64,000 nt of DNA, from contig CAVOYH010000004.1 in assembly GCA_963700635.1 (NCBI GenBank), positions 480,001 through 544,000 of the forward strand, written 5' to 3'. This DNA is from an uncultured Bacteroidota bacterium. GTDB lineage: Bacteria > Bacteroidota > Ignavibacteria > UBA10030 > UBA6906. Under the pieces are notes generated by a model. That model had not been told where the DNA came from. It made no database searches and saw nothing but the letters and a program-made list of their open reading frames with translations. Position numbers and translations under genes: made by a program. This document shows positions 35,742 to 46,049 of the stretch, piece after piece; the stretch's first letter is position 1; each line of letters begins with the position of its first letter.

Positions 35742-37034
35742 TTACCGCGCGAGTGTCATTTTTCTTGTCAGGATCAATCCGACCACCTCCATCCGGAGCA
35801 GATAGACCCCGCTTGCCAGACGCCCTCCATCAAACCGAACGTCAAACGTCCCTTCCGGTTTTTCACCATTCACCAGCGTCGCCACTTCCCGGCCCAGAAT
35901 GTCATATACTGCTAACTTCAATGTCCGGCCGCCGCTGCCCGCGGTGCTCAAGGCCCCGGCGGGAACACTGTACCGGATCGTGGTGACCGGATTAAATGGG
36001 TTGGGATAATTCTGTTCGAGGGCAAAGGCGGCAGGAGGAACCTGATTGTGTGGCGCCGAGGTGGGGCCTGACACTCCCAGTTCAACTGCGATGCCGCGGA
36101 GGATCGCGTTGGCTGTCGAGTCAAATGCCCGCGCGGCGGTTGAATTCATGTCTTCGTACGTAAGGGCGAGAACGGCCTCCCTGTGATTCAGCCAGAACCA
36201 GCTCTCCGGATAGACAAGGGACGGGGCGCTGGGCCATGTGACGAAAAAATTGTGGGGTTGAATGCCCCCCGGAAAGAAACTCCTGACGCCATCGATAAAA
36301 CGTTGTTCGATAACGGCGTAGGCCGCTGACGTTCCCCCGGCAGCGTGGAACACAAAATACCTGACTTCTCCGGAAGCCGAGTGCATGTTGAGTGCGATGC
36401 GGATGGGATTACCCAATGGCATAAGCGTACCGAACATCCTCCGGAGCGTTTGTACTTCCGGCTCGCCCGGAACAGCCGTCCAGTTACTTTCGATATCAAC
36501 ATTGTGAGCGTTCCAGCGCGCGAGTCTGAGCTCCACGCCATCGGGGTTGATCATCGGGAGTATATTAAAGACGCACTCACGGCGGAGCAAACGGGAAAAG
36601 TCTGAGTTGCCAAGCAGCTGGGCGATCATCTCGTTCGTTACCCAGGTCCCCTGCACTTCAGCCGGGTGTGTCCGGGCGTGGATCCAGATACGTTTCCGCG
36701 GTTGTGGGGTTGTGGCCGTGTCTTCTATCGTGAGCATGTACAGTGCCCGGTTCTGCACGCTCGCCCCGACTGAATCGATGCGAACAAAGGGGCTGGCAGA
36801 CCATCGTAGCAGGTCGGCGCGCAGCGAATCATAACCATATCCCCAGTTCTGGGCTGCGGCCAACCGGTATGCCGCTGTTGTCGTGTCAGGCAGACCACAC
36901 GGGTCGCCGTCCCGGGCCGAGGGCAACCGTCCTTGCTCTCCGGCGTGGAGGGATGTTGTTGAGAAAATACACAGAAGAAAAAAACAGAGTTTCACATACA
37001 TGCTGGCGGAACCGGAAGCAGAAGAAGTTTTCAT
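35742..37034 (-). CDS. M14 zinc carboxypeptidase with T9SS type A sorting domain
   Basis: ARTHPAE, NPDGV, LNMHS, TYE; C-terminal LEQNYPNPFNP; start uncertain (37034 or nearby). Confidence 0.85.
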   Translation of the reverse strand: MKTSSASGSASMYVKLCFFLLCIFSTTSLHAGEQGRLPSARDGDPCGLPDTTTAAYRLAAAQNWGYGYDSLRADLLRWSASPFVRIDSVGASVQNRALYMLTIEDTATTPQPRKRIWIHARTHPAEVQGTWVTNEMIAQLLGNSDFSRLLRRECVFNILPMINPDGVELRLARWNAHNVDIESNWTAVPGEPEVQTLRRMFGTLMPLGNPIRIALNMHSASGEVRYFVFHAAGGTSAAYAVIEQRFIDGVRSFFPGGIQPHNFFVTWPSAPSLVYPESWFWLNHREAVLALTYEDMNSTAARAFDSTANAILRGIAVELGVSGPTSAPHNQVPPAAFALEQNYPNPFNPVTTIRYSVPAGALSTAGSGGRTLKLAVYDILGREVATLVNGEKPEGTFDVRFDGGRLASGVYLLRMEVVGLILTRKMTLAR

Positions 37035-37166
37035 GGATTTAATATCGGAACACTCTGCGCGATACGCAAGAGGAGCACTCACGATCGAGAGAAAAAGCGC
37101 CACGGGTTGCGGGTGTCGTTGTCTCGTTGTACATTGGGTTGCCATAGATACAGGAGGAATACCCAG

Positions 37167-38282
37167 GTGACATCAAAAGAACGTATGATGTGTGCGCTGC
37201 ACGGAGAAAAGCCGGACAGACTTCCCGTGACCGTGCATCAATGGCAGGGATATCATTTGAAGGAGTATCTCGATGGTGCGACGCCCCTGGAAGCATTTCA
37301 GAGGTTCGGCATGGATGCAGCGGTTCAGTACTTTGAGGATATGGGGCAGTTCTGGCTGGTGGACGCGGACTTTGCGAAGTTTTCAACCCCACAATGGCGT
37401 GATGAGGTGTCGGTCATCAGCGCAGACCCTGACAGGAGAATCAACCATCATGTCATCCGCACGCCGGAGGGTACACTTTCGTACAAGACCGCAGGCGACC
37501 GGAAGACCACGTGGATTACGGAGTATCTCGTCAAACACGACGAGGATATAGAACTTGTCCGGAAATATATGCCCGTACCCACGTTGGATCTCGCCCCGTT
37601 GCGTCGGGCGTATGATGAAGTCGGTGACCTGGGAATTGTACGCGGTTTTGTCTGGGGCGACCAGGCCGGGTGCTGGCAGCACGCGGCATGTCTTATGGAC
37701 ATCACAGAACTGATCTACAGGGCGATGGATGAACCGGATTGGGTCCATCGGTTTCTGAACATGCTGCTGGAAAAGAAACTTCAATTCGTTGAGGGGATGA
37801 AGGGGGCGAAGTTTGACGTGGTGGAAACCGGCGGAGGTGCGTCATCGTCCACGGTCATTTCTCCCGCCTTACACCGGGAGTTCTGCATGCCGTACGATCG
37901 TCAGCTCCATGATGCCCTGCATGAGCACCACTTCACGGTCAGTTATCATACCTGCGGTGGAACACGCGGAATAGAGGACTTGATTGTTCAGAACGGTGCG
38001 GATGCCTCGGAAACGCTCGCGCCAACAAGCATCGGCGGAAATCAGGAACCCTGGGAGGTGAAGGCGAAGATGGGGAATCGGATTGCCCTGATTGGCGGGA
38101 TGGATCAACACTCCGTACTCACAGAAGGAAGTATCGCCGAAATCAAAGCACAAGTAGAATTACTTTTCCAAAAAGTCGGCTACGATGGAGGGTATATTCT
38201 CTCCTGTGCCGACCATTTCTTTGAGACACCGGTCGACCATCTTGAGGCATTTGCGATGGCTGCCATATCGTGCAGATATTAG
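37167..38282 (+). CDS. uroporphyrinogen decarboxylase / MtaA-CmuA family protein
   Basis: MTSKER..AL.GEKPDRLPV, ISP...EF.MPY, YHTCG, LIGGMDQ, GGYILS; GTG after AGGAGG. Confidence 0.85.
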   Translation: MTSKERMMCALHGEKPDRLPVTVHQWQGYHLKEYLDGATPLEAFQRFGMDAAVQYFEDMGQFWLVDADFAKFSTPQWRDEVSVISADPDRRINHHVIRTPEGTLSYKTAGDRKTTWITEYLVKHDEDIELVRKYMPVPTLDLAPLRRAYDEVGDLGIVRGFVWGDQAGCWQHAACLMDITELIYRAMDEPDWVHRFLNMLLEKKLQFVEGMKGAKFDVVETGGGASSSTVISPALHREFCMPYDRQLHDALHEHHFTVSYHTCGGTRGIEDLIVQNGADASETLAPTSIGGNQEPWEVKAKMGNRIALIGGMDQHSVLTEGSIAEIKAQVELLFQKVGYDGGYILSCADHFFETPVDHLEAFAMAAISCRY

Positions 38283-38330
38283 AATTGGGATTCCGTTTCG
38301 AACTTGACCGGAACTTTGATTTGACCGCAC

Positions 38331-41300
38331 ATGAACCCCCTCCGCTTCGTCTGTAACGGAGTCCCCCGGGCGAACAAGCCCCTGCGACACCGCCTTATTC
38401 TTCCAGAACTTCTTCTGATTGCCGGACTTCTCTTTCCTGCTTTCCTGCAGGCTCAGACCTCGAGCTCGGGAGTGCTCAAGGGGATGGTCAGAACGGAGAA
38501 GGGAGGTCCGATACCACAGGCACACCTGGAACTGATTCACGAACCGACGGGCAGCGTGTCGAATCGGTTTGCGGGGGAAGACGGTCAGTATCTTATCGTA
38601 GGCCTCCGTGTTGGAGGCCCTTACCGGCTAAAAGTCAGCCATATAGGATTCGGAACTCAGGTCCGGCAGGGACTCTTCTTCAAGCTGCTGGAGGAGGTGC
38701 GGATTGATGTTGTCCTTCTCGAGGCGGACCTGACCACGGAGGAGGTGGTAATCACCGGGCAGCAGGGTGATATGCTGAGCACGCAACGTCCGGGTGCCGC
38801 CGTGCATGTTGCGAAGGAACAGCTGGAAGCGTTACCGCTGCCGTCCGCATCGTTCGAGGACGCCGGCCGTCTCTCCCCATATATGGTCAACGGCAGTGCA
38901 CTGGGTGTGAACAGAGTGTACAATGATGTTTCGGTGGACGGTGTGGGTTTTGCCGACCAGTTCGGACTCCAGCACGTTGAGGCCAACATCGGGGGGATGT
39001 ACGATAATCCACTCACCCTGGAGTCGATCCAGGAGATCCGGGTGGACCTTTCCCCGTTTGACGTCCGGCGGAGTGGTTTTACGGGAGCTGCCATTGCCGC
39101 ATTAACCCGGAGCGGAACAAATACGTTTTCCGGGAGTCTGAACGGGGCCGTGGGGGGAGGATGGTGGGTTGGGCGGAACCCTGACGACGGCCGGTCCGAT
39201 TTCCGCGGTTTCGCCGATAAACGTGCAAGCTTCCGGGTCGGGGGCCCGATCACGGAATCGAGGGTGTTCTATTTTGTGGCCGGGGAGATTACGGGGATGC
39301 GGGTTCCGATAGAACGGAAATTCGGCGAGCCGAAAACGCAGGGGACAACATTCAGTTTCCCTGCTGGCGCCGTCACACAGTTCGCATCAACCCTTGCCAT
39401 GGTGCACGGTTATGATCCGGGGCAGTTTGATGCAGTGTTTGTGGACCGCCAGTCAGCCAACCTTTTTACTCGGTTTGATCTTATCCTCTCGTCTGAACAC
39501 CGGTTAAGCATACGGTACAATCTTCTCTCAACCCGGTCTGACCGACCGCCGCATGGCACCACGGTCTTTGCCTCGGGAACCCTTGCCCGGAATAGCACGA
39601 ACGTCCATTCTGTGATTGCGGAGGTGAACAGTATCTTTGGACCGAAGGTCGTCAATGAGCTGCTGGTGAGCTATTCGGGGAGACGGTTCACCTCTACTCC
39701 CCAGGGTACGCCGTTCCCGTCTGTGGACGTGATCGTCACAGACCGGTACGGGTGGTGGAATCACCTCACGGCAGGGAGTGAAATCGGGGGAGATGGTGAC
39801 CACCTGGTGCAGGATCATCTGGAAATACACAATAATACGAGCATCAGCCGCGGGGATCATCTTCTCACGGTAGGTGTTCAGGGGGATATCCACTGGTTCA
39901 ACAATGACATTCTGTCCTACCGTTGGGGACATTACATATTTGGTTCATACAGAGACTTCGTCGCCGGGCGGCCGCGTGAGTACGAGTACCGGTATGCGCG
40001 TAGCACAGAGGCGGACAACAGGACGCGGTGGCGGGCCATGCAGTTCGGTGCCTTTGTGCAGGATGAGTGGACGCTCTCGCCGATCACGAAGGTGTCTGCT
40101 GGTCTGAGGGTGGACCTGCCGGTGTTCCCGGATTCCCCTGCGGAAAACAGTGCGGTGCATGAAACTTTCTTTCCGCTTGGTTATGACGTCAACACGTCGT
40201 GGGTTCCGCGCGGGCAGGTCATGGTGTCGCCGCGGATGGGGGTCACGATCGTTCCCAAAGCGGATCGTTCCATACAGATCCGGGGCGGTATCGGTGTGTT
40301 TACAGGACGAATCCCGTATTCTTGGATCGGCAATCTCTACAGCAACACCGGTCTGGAGTATGTCCATATCAAGACCTCAGCCACCACACCGGCATTCGTT
40401 GCCGATCCACTCCGTCAACCCAAACCCGGGTCCGGTTCCCCGCTTGTCGAGACGTCCGAGGTGGTCGTGATCAGCAAGGACTTCGTGCTTCCCCAGGTCG
40501 TGCGGTGGACTGTTGCGCTGGACTACGCCTTCCCGTGGAATATTATGGGATCGCTGGAGGCCGTGTATTCACGGACAAGGAACGGGGTTGTGTTCAAGAA
40601 CATCAACCTGAGACCGTCCGGAACACTTAATGCGGAGAGAAGTGGTGATGGGAGGGACGTGTATGGGCGAAGTCGTCTTCTGGGGGGGTGGGATTACGCC
40701 CGGAACGACGACCGATACACCGATGTGATGTACCTGAGTAATGCTGATGCCGGGACATCAACATTCCTTACCGCGCAGCTCCAGTGCCGGCCTGACGGGG
40801 ACGGGCTTTTTGCGAGTATCGCGTACAGCACGGGGGAGACGATGGATGTGAACAGCGGGACGTGGGACAATGCATACGATCAATGGCGGTACAATCCCGC
40901 TTACCATCCAAACAATCCCCGTCTGGACTTCTCCGCGTTTGACCGCAAACACCGTATCACGGTGGCCGTTGTATACCAGTATGACTGGTCACCGGGGTAC
41001 AGCACAACCATCGGCCTTGTCTATACCGGCGCCTCCGGAATTCCGTATTCGTACGTGTATGACGGTGATGTGAACGGGGACGGAGAATCAATGAATGATC
41101 TGTTCTATATCCCGGCCCGGTCTTCTGAGATCCTGCTTGCGGATGATGAGGGTAATCTTCTCTTGCCCGACGACGCGGCCTACAACTTGTTGTTCGGGTA
41201 CATTGCACATGATGACTACCTGTCCACACGCCGCCGGCAGGTCGCCGAACGTAATGGTGCGCGCACACCCTGGACACATCAACTGGATTTACGCATTGCG

Positions 41301-41552
41301 CAGACCGTGCCGCTGAGGTGCAACGACCGGTTGGAGATCGATGCTGAAGTGCTGAACCTGCTCAACCTTTTGAACCCATCCTGGGGATTGGTGCAGTCGG
41401 TACCCTATCAGGTTGTGCCGGTGCTGCGGTTCTTGTGGATGGATCCGATCGGGCGGCCGCTGTTTCAGTGGTCGCCGAGAACTACGCCACTCGTTCCCGA
41501 TCCGCTGCTTTCGAGGTGGCGGTTGAGGCTCGGGATGCGATATTCGTTCTAA
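38331..41552 (+). CDS. TonB-dependent receptor (Oar-like) with N-terminal carboxypeptidase-regulatory-like domain
   Basis: GLRVGGPY, SPFDVRRSGFTG, TRSGTN, FVQDEW, GDVNGDG..NDL.YIP, terminal RYSF. Confidence 0.9.
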   Translation: MNPLRFVCNGVPRANKPLRHRLILPELLLIAGLLFPAFLQAQTSSSGVLKGMVRTEKGGPIPQAHLELIHEPTGSVSNRFAGEDGQYLIVGLRVGGPYRLKVSHIGFGTQVRQGLFFKLLEEVRIDVVLLEADLTTEEVVITGQQGDMLSTQRPGAAVHVAKEQLEALPLPSASFEDAGRLSPYMVNGSALGVNRVYNDVSVDGVGFADQFGLQHVEANIGGMYDNPLTLESIQEIRVDLSPFDVRRSGFTGAAIAALTRSGTNTFSGSLNGAVGGGWWVGRNPDDGRSDFRGFADKRASFRVGGPITESRVFYFVAGEITGMRVPIERKFGEPKTQGTTFSFPAGAVTQFASTLAMVHGYDPGQFDAVFVDRQSANLFTRFDLILSSEHRLSIRYNLLSTRSDRPPHGTTVFASGTLARNSTNVHSVIAEVNSIFGPKVVNELLVSYSGRRFTSTPQGTPFPSVDVIVTDRYGWWNHLTAGSEIGGDGDHLVQDHLEIHNNTSISRGDHLLTVGVQGDIHWFNNDILSYRWGHYIFGSYRDFVAGRPREYEYRYARSTEADNRTRWRAMQFGAFVQDEWTLSPITKVSAGLRVDLPVFPDSPAENSAVHETFFPLGYDVNTSWVPRGQVMVSPRMGVTIVPKADRSIQIRGGIGVFTGRIPYSWIGNLYSNTGLEYVHIKTSATTPAFVADPLRQPKPGSGSPLVETSEVVVISKDFVLPQVVRWTVALDYAFPWNIMGSLEAVYSRTRNGVVFKNINLRPSGTLNAERSGDGRDVYGRSRLLGGWDYARNDDRYTDVMYLSNADAGTSTFLTAQLQCRPDGDGLFASIAYSTGETMDVNSGTWDNAYDQWRYNPAYHPNNPRLDFSAFDRKHRITVAVVYQYDWSPGYSTTIGLVYTGASGIPYSYVYDGDVNGDGESMNDLFYIPARSSEILLADDEGNLLLPDDAAYNLLFGYIAHDDYLSTRRRQVAERNGARTPWTHQLDLRIAQTVPLRCNDRLEIDAEVLNLLNLLNPSWGLVQSVPYQVVPVLRFLWMDPIGRPLFQWSPRTTPLVPDPLLSRWRLRLGMRYSF

Positions 41553-41577
41553 GGCTGTATGTATCCCCGCAGCCGGT

Positions 41578-42054
41578 CTATTTTACTCTTGAGGCTATTG
41601 TCTTTGCCAGATCGGTCAGCTGCGCGACTGTGAGCATGAACTTTTTACCGTAGGATGCTGGATCGGCAAACGCAGTCAGGGCGACACATCTGGATCCTTT
41701 GGTGAAGACCACCAGATTTGACGGTGACTTTGGTACCGTCCCACCTACCATGGCCTGATCTCCCACTCCGTTGAGGTCGGCCTTGAAGAAGTACTGCTTG
41801 AACCCGACATACTGACTTTTGTCCACGATCTGGACCATCAATGCGAGATTGCCGTCGGCGGTTGCAAAATTGAGGTCTCCCCCCGCACCGGTCGCCGAGC
41901 CTTTGGCGACTGACTTTACTCCTTTGAGCCCCGTGGCTTTTTCGACATCGCTGATCTTCAGGTGGTTGTCGAACGGCCCTGCATACGCCATGATGGAACA
42001 AAAGAAGAGCATGGCTGTGGCTGCTGTCACTCTGGAAACAAAGCGCGTATTCAT
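41578..42054 (-). CDS. hypothetical secreted protein
   Basis: 158 aa, signal peptide ending AYA, no family recognised. Confidence 0.65.
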   Translation of the reverse strand: MNTRFVSRVTAATAMLFFCSIMAYAGPFDNHLKISDVEKATGLKGVKSVAKGSATGAGGDLNFATADGNLALMVQIVDKSQYVGFKQYFFKADLNGVGDQAMVGGTVPKSPSNLVVFTKGSRCVALTAFADPASYGKKFMLTVAQLTDLAKTIASRVK

Positions 42055-42119
42055 TGTTAGAGGTCCTTGATGGTTGATGGTTGAGTCGGGTTGCGTGTTT
42101 CCAGATTGTCCACAGTCTG

Positions 42120-43034
42120 TCAGAGGTCGAACATGAGTCTCACCGCCATTCCGGCGCCGAGCGCGACGATCATGCTTGCCGATGTGCCCAGAATATAGTA
42201 TTCCGCAAAATCCTTGCTCTGTTCCAGTTCTTTAAAACGGGCAATTGATTTTACCGTAAGAACGAATGCAAGCGCGGTGAAGTTGCCGGTAAGGACGAAG
42301 GTGAGCGCGATGATTCGTTCAAGTATCCCGATCCATTCGCCGACGTTTTCTTCGCCGTCGCCGGGAGACGCCACAGCGCGGGGAGGATCGGCCGGTGGGA
42401 TCGTTTCTGCATCGTTCGGTGCGGACTTCATGTCTCCGGATTTCAGAGGAGACAAACTGTCGGTCTCCGCATTCAGCCGCTGCACGACCCTGGTATACAG
42501 GCCCTGGAATTTTCCAAGTAATCCTCTGACGATGCTCGTCCCGCCATCAATGACGAAGAGGAACGCCGCACCTACTGCCAGGATGAGCGTCATTTTTTCC
42601 CGCAGCACCCCCGTGCCTTCGCCGAAGGCGTTAAGGACATCTGCCTCGATGGTGGTATACCAGTGGAACACCGTTAAGGGGAGGGTGACACGCCATGCGG
42701 CGTAGAGCAGTATCCCCATTACCACCTGTTTGAGCACATAGTATTCGAGCGATTTCCTGGCATATCTTCCATGGCTCTTTGTCTCTATCCTGCCATCGGC
42801 GAGCGCATAGAGGCACGCTACACCAATAAAGGCGAGAACCAGTGCGGGCGAGACAAAACCTGATGTTCCGATGAGGAGCGCCACAAGGAGAGAAGCCGCT
42901 TTTTTTACTGCGGCTGAAAAGCCGGATCCCCGCGCCACATAAAACCCCCGGAATACGCGTTTCAAAAAAAACTCAAAGAATGCGTAGCAGAAGATAATGT
43001 TCGCGAAAACTATGGTGTCGTGTGCGGTGAGCAA
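42120..43034 (-). CDS. DUF3307-like membrane protein (SatD partner)
   Basis: Multi-TM; GEWIGILER...KSIARF...AEYYILGT motif. Confidence 0.75.
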   Translation of the reverse strand: MLTAHDTIVFANIIFCYAFFEFFLKRVFRGFYVARGSGFSAAVKKAASLLVALLIGTSGFVSPALVLAFIGVACLYALADGRIETKSHGRYARKSLEYYVLKQVVMGILLYAAWRVTLPLTVFHWYTTIEADVLNAFGEGTGVLREKMTLILAVGAAFLFVIDGGTSIVRGLLGKFQGLYTRVVQRLNAETDSLSPLKSGDMKSAPNDAETIPPADPPRAVASPGDGEENVGEWIGILERIIALTFVLTGNFTALAFVLTVKSIARFKELEQSKDFAEYYILGTSASMIVALGAGMAVRLMFDL

Positions 43035-43066
43035 TACGGGACATCCCCCGGGTGTAGTTTATTGTC

Positions 43067-43114
43067 AAACAACTATTTAAGGTTGTGTGTGTTATAAACA
43101 ACCTTTTAAGGTTG
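43067..43114. promoter_or_regulatory. tandem palindromic operator candidate (2 x 19 bp, 29-bp period)
   Basis: AAACAACTATTTAAGGTTG (43067-43085) and AAACAACCTTTTAAGGTTG (43096-43114); core CAACCTT-N2-AAGGTTG. Confidence 0.7.
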
Positions 43115-43732
43115 AGTCAGTTGCGCGAGGAACTCCCGGAGGGAGCCGGCCGCTTCGTCAAGTTCTTTTGCTGCTGCCGACAATCCTGCTTTGGAGACTG
43201 CCTGCGGGGAGATATGGAGACGCCGGGCCACTTCCTTGGCAGTGTGGTCTTTGAGCAGCTGAGCGATCTGCTTCTGACGGGGCGTGAGCCGGAGCCATTG
43301 TCTGTCCATGAGGGCCACAAGGGCATTCACCAGCCGGACCGACTCCAGGTCATACGAGTAGCGGAGGGGAGTCTTCTGGTGTTTCGCTTCGTCCAGTGCT
43401 CTGCGGGCATGATAAAACGCCTCTCCATCCATCCCGATGGCGGCGTCTTTCCGGAGTGGCGTCGAGAGGGTGCCGATACCGACGCCAAAGGCAAAAGGAA
43501 CAGGCTGCATGAGATCCCGAAAACGGCGCACGAGTTGATAACTCTCTGCGGGTGTGGTCAGGAGCCCCTGGAATTCGTCTCCAAGAGTGATAAGAAACTG
43601 TGATGCGATTGCAGAAGAAAATTCAGCGTTGATCTTTGAGACAGAGCCGGCAAATTTCCTTTGAACCGTTCCCCGATGCGGAAGCGACCGGGATTTGTTC
43701 ATATCCCCTATAATGGCGCAGTAGGTCTTCAC
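43106..43732 (-). CDS. SatD family protein with C-terminal HTH
   Basis: YCAIIGDMNKSR, TLGDEFQG, FGVGIG, DGEAFYHAR, TPRQ...KEVARRLHISPQAVS; GTG start 43732. Confidence 0.85.
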   Translation of the reverse strand: MKTYCAIIGDMNKSRSLPHRGTVQRKFAGSVSKINAEFSSAIASQFLITLGDEFQGLLTTPAESYQLVRRFRDLMQPVPFAFGVGIGTLSTPLRKDAAIGMDGEAFYHARRALDEAKHQKTPLRYSYDLESVRLVNALVALMDRQWLRLTPRQKQIAQLLKDHTAKEVARRLHISPQAVSKAGLSAAAKELDEAAGSLREFLAQLTQP

Positions 43733-43790
43733 GAGCGTATCCGTCTCTGTCGGTGAGAAAGCTCTAATATTGCCTGAAGATGTGAGAATG

Positions 43791-44711
43791 TCAACGTGTT
43801 GAGCGGGCGCTGCGCAGCACTTCGACACTCCGGGCGAACGCCACCTTCTCTTCATCGTTCATTGAAGGGGAGAGCGTCGCATATATTCCGTCCGCCCCGA
43901 TGATACGGGGGAGGGAAGTGCTTACCCCTTCAAATCCCGGGACATCGTTATTGGACAACGTGAGCACGCTCCGCTCATCGCTCCGGATCGCCTGGATAAT
44001 GCGCGCCAGCCCGGCACCGATGCCGTAGTACGTCGAGCCCTTTCCCTGAATGATCCGGTAGGCCGCCCGGCGAACCCGTACGTCGATGGACTCCTTCAGT
44101 TCGCGGGTCAGCGCTTTCCCGTGGTGCTTGGCAAACTCCGCCAGCGGCACACCGCCGATCTTCGCCTCAGACCAGACTAGAACTTCTGAATCACCATGCT
44201 CTCCGAGCACCTGGGCGTGAACAGATTGGGCGGACACCCCGTACGTCTCTCCCAACAGGGCCCTGAACCGGGCGGTGTCGAGTATCGTTCCTGATCCGAT
44301 GACCCTTTGCGGGGGGAAGGACCCGAGTTCAGTGACGATTTGGGTCATGATGTCGACGGGATTGGATGCGATCAGGACAATGGCATCCGGCGCGATTGCG
44401 GCAACGCGGATGGCGACATCTGCAAATATTGCTTCGTTACGTTCAAGGAGGTGAAGGCGGGTTTCTCCCGGACGCTGGCTCACGCCGCATGAGAGAACAA
44501 CAACAGAACTTCCGCTGATCGCGGCGTAGTCTCCGGATGAAACCTGTACGGGACTTGTCACCGGTGTGGCGTGGAGGATATCTTCCGCCTGTGCCAGGGC
44601 GAGGGACTCATTGATGTCGACAAGGACGATTTCGTTTACTACGCGTCGGAGCACCATCGCGAACGCCGCCGCGCTCCCTACCATCCCTGCACCGATAATG
44701 CTTACTTTCAT
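43791..44711 (-). CDS. ldh: L-lactate dehydrogenase
   Basis: IIGAGMVG, QRPGETRL, SNPVD, GSGTILDTARFR, GEHGDS, KGSTYYGIG. Confidence 0.92.
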   Translation of the reverse strand: MKVSIIGAGMVGSAAAFAMVLRRVVNEIVLVDINESLALAQAEDILHATPVTSPVQVSSGDYAAISGSSVVVLSCGVSQRPGETRLHLLERNEAIFADVAIRVAAIAPDAIVLIASNPVDIMTQIVTELGSFPPQRVIGSGTILDTARFRALLGETYGVSAQSVHAQVLGEHGDSEVLVWSEAKIGGVPLAEFAKHHGKALTRELKESIDVRVRRAAYRIIQGKGSTYYGIGAGLARIIQAIRSDERSVLTLSNNDVPGFEGVSTSLPRIIGADGIYATLSPSMNDEEKVAFARSVEVLRSARSTR

Positions 44712-44743
44712 AGTCGATCCCGCCCACAGCATCGTACCTATCG

Positions 44744-45004
44744 TCAGGTCGTACCCTGATCAGGCGCCGGATTCTTCCGAGCCCGAACGATTCCAGCCTT
44801 TTCTTTCATCCGCAGGAGATTACGCACGTTCGTCTTCCAGAGGGGTTTGCTTGAGCGGGTGCTGGTCTTAGCCAAATCCTCTGCATCCAGGGAGATGTGA
44901 TTCTCGACAATATCAAGAACCTGTGTAAAGGGTATCCATTTCCGGCGAGGGAGATGTTTTCGGAGAGTATTCCAGAGAGTTGGTCCGTTCGTCACGTCCG
45001 TCAC
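44744..45004 (-). CDS. small basic hypothetical protein, possible winged helix
   Basis: 86 aa, WKTNVRNLL motif, AAGG RBS before GTG. Confidence 0.5.
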   Translation of the reverse strand: MTDVTNGPTLWNTLRKHLPRRKWIPFTQVLDIVENHISLDAEDLAKTSTRSSKPLWKTNVRNLLRMKEKAGIVRARKNPAPDQGTT

Positions 45005-45229
45005 TGCCTTTCTTGTTGGCGGGGGAGACCGATAGCAAGGTCGCCCCGCGCTTGCTTCCCGTCACACGATCACGTGAGCCCTTCACCCGAATAGCCCGTC
45101 GCTTTCCGGCACGAGGTCCGTGGCGCCATATCCTGCCAGACGAGAACACTATGCACTTCCGGTACTCCTACAAAGTACGAAAAATGCTGCTGGTTTTCAA
45201 CCGGACGTCCATGCCCGGACAACCGTCCA

Positions 45230-45838
45230 TCACGGAACATAGAACTGCGACAACCCGGTCAGGAACATCTGTACCGCTATTGCTGTCAGGATCATTCCCA
45301 TGAGTCGTTCGAGCGCGACGAGAACCCTTTCGCCGAGGAGCCGGCTCAGTGAGGAGGCAAAGAACAGGACGAGTGTTGACAGAAGCCACGCGACGACCAG
45401 AGCGAGAAGCCAATCGAACACCCGCTCCGGTTCACGTCCCCGGAGCAATAACACCGTTGCCATTGCTGAGGGCCCTGCGACCAGCGGCACAGCCAGGGGA
45501 ACGATAAATGGTTCACCGCCGGGACTTGGTCCGAACGCTCCATCAGTTTTTCCGAAGACCATCTTGACGGCTATGAGGAACAACACGATGGCCCCCGCGA
45601 TGCCAAGCGCCGGCTCGCTGATCTGAAGCATGTTGAGAAAAAAACGTCCAACAAAAAGGAAAAACACCAGCACGGCCAGGGCAATAAGAGATTCCCGTAT
45701 TACGATTCTCTTTCTCCTGTGCTCCGGGATATCCTTCAACGTTGTGATATACATTGGAACATTCCCCAGCGGGTCCATGACAAAAAGGAGTATGAACATG
45801 GCTGATATGACCGATAATCCCTGCTCTTCCATAAGCAT
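45230..45838 (-). CDS. MarC/YhgN family membrane protein
   Basis: MDPLGNVP, VPLAVPLVAGP, LERLMGMIL. Confidence 0.92.
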   Translation of the reverse strand: MLMEEQGLSVISAMFILLFVMDPLGNVPMYITTLKDIPEHRRKRIVIRESLIALAVLVFFLFVGRFFLNMLQISEPALGIAGAIVLFLIAVKMVFGKTDGAFGPSPGGEPFIVPLAVPLVAGPSAMATVLLLRGREPERVFDWLLALVVAWLLSTLVLFFASSLSRLLGERVLVALERLMGMILTAIAVQMFLTGLSQFYVP

Positions 45839-46049
45839 GCACTCGTGATGCCGGGTGGATGAACTCGTAATAATTGTATAGAATAGGGAAATTACAGCTC
45901 AGAAAATAGAGCCCGAGAGGAGAACCGGGAATCAAACCGTCTGGTTGCTTCTCACTACCCAAATTGGTAGTTTCGCAGACAGTTTTCGGTTGCGCTCACA
46001 AATTAGCCGTTCATTGACAACCAACGAATCGTGTGAGGAGGAGTGGTCT

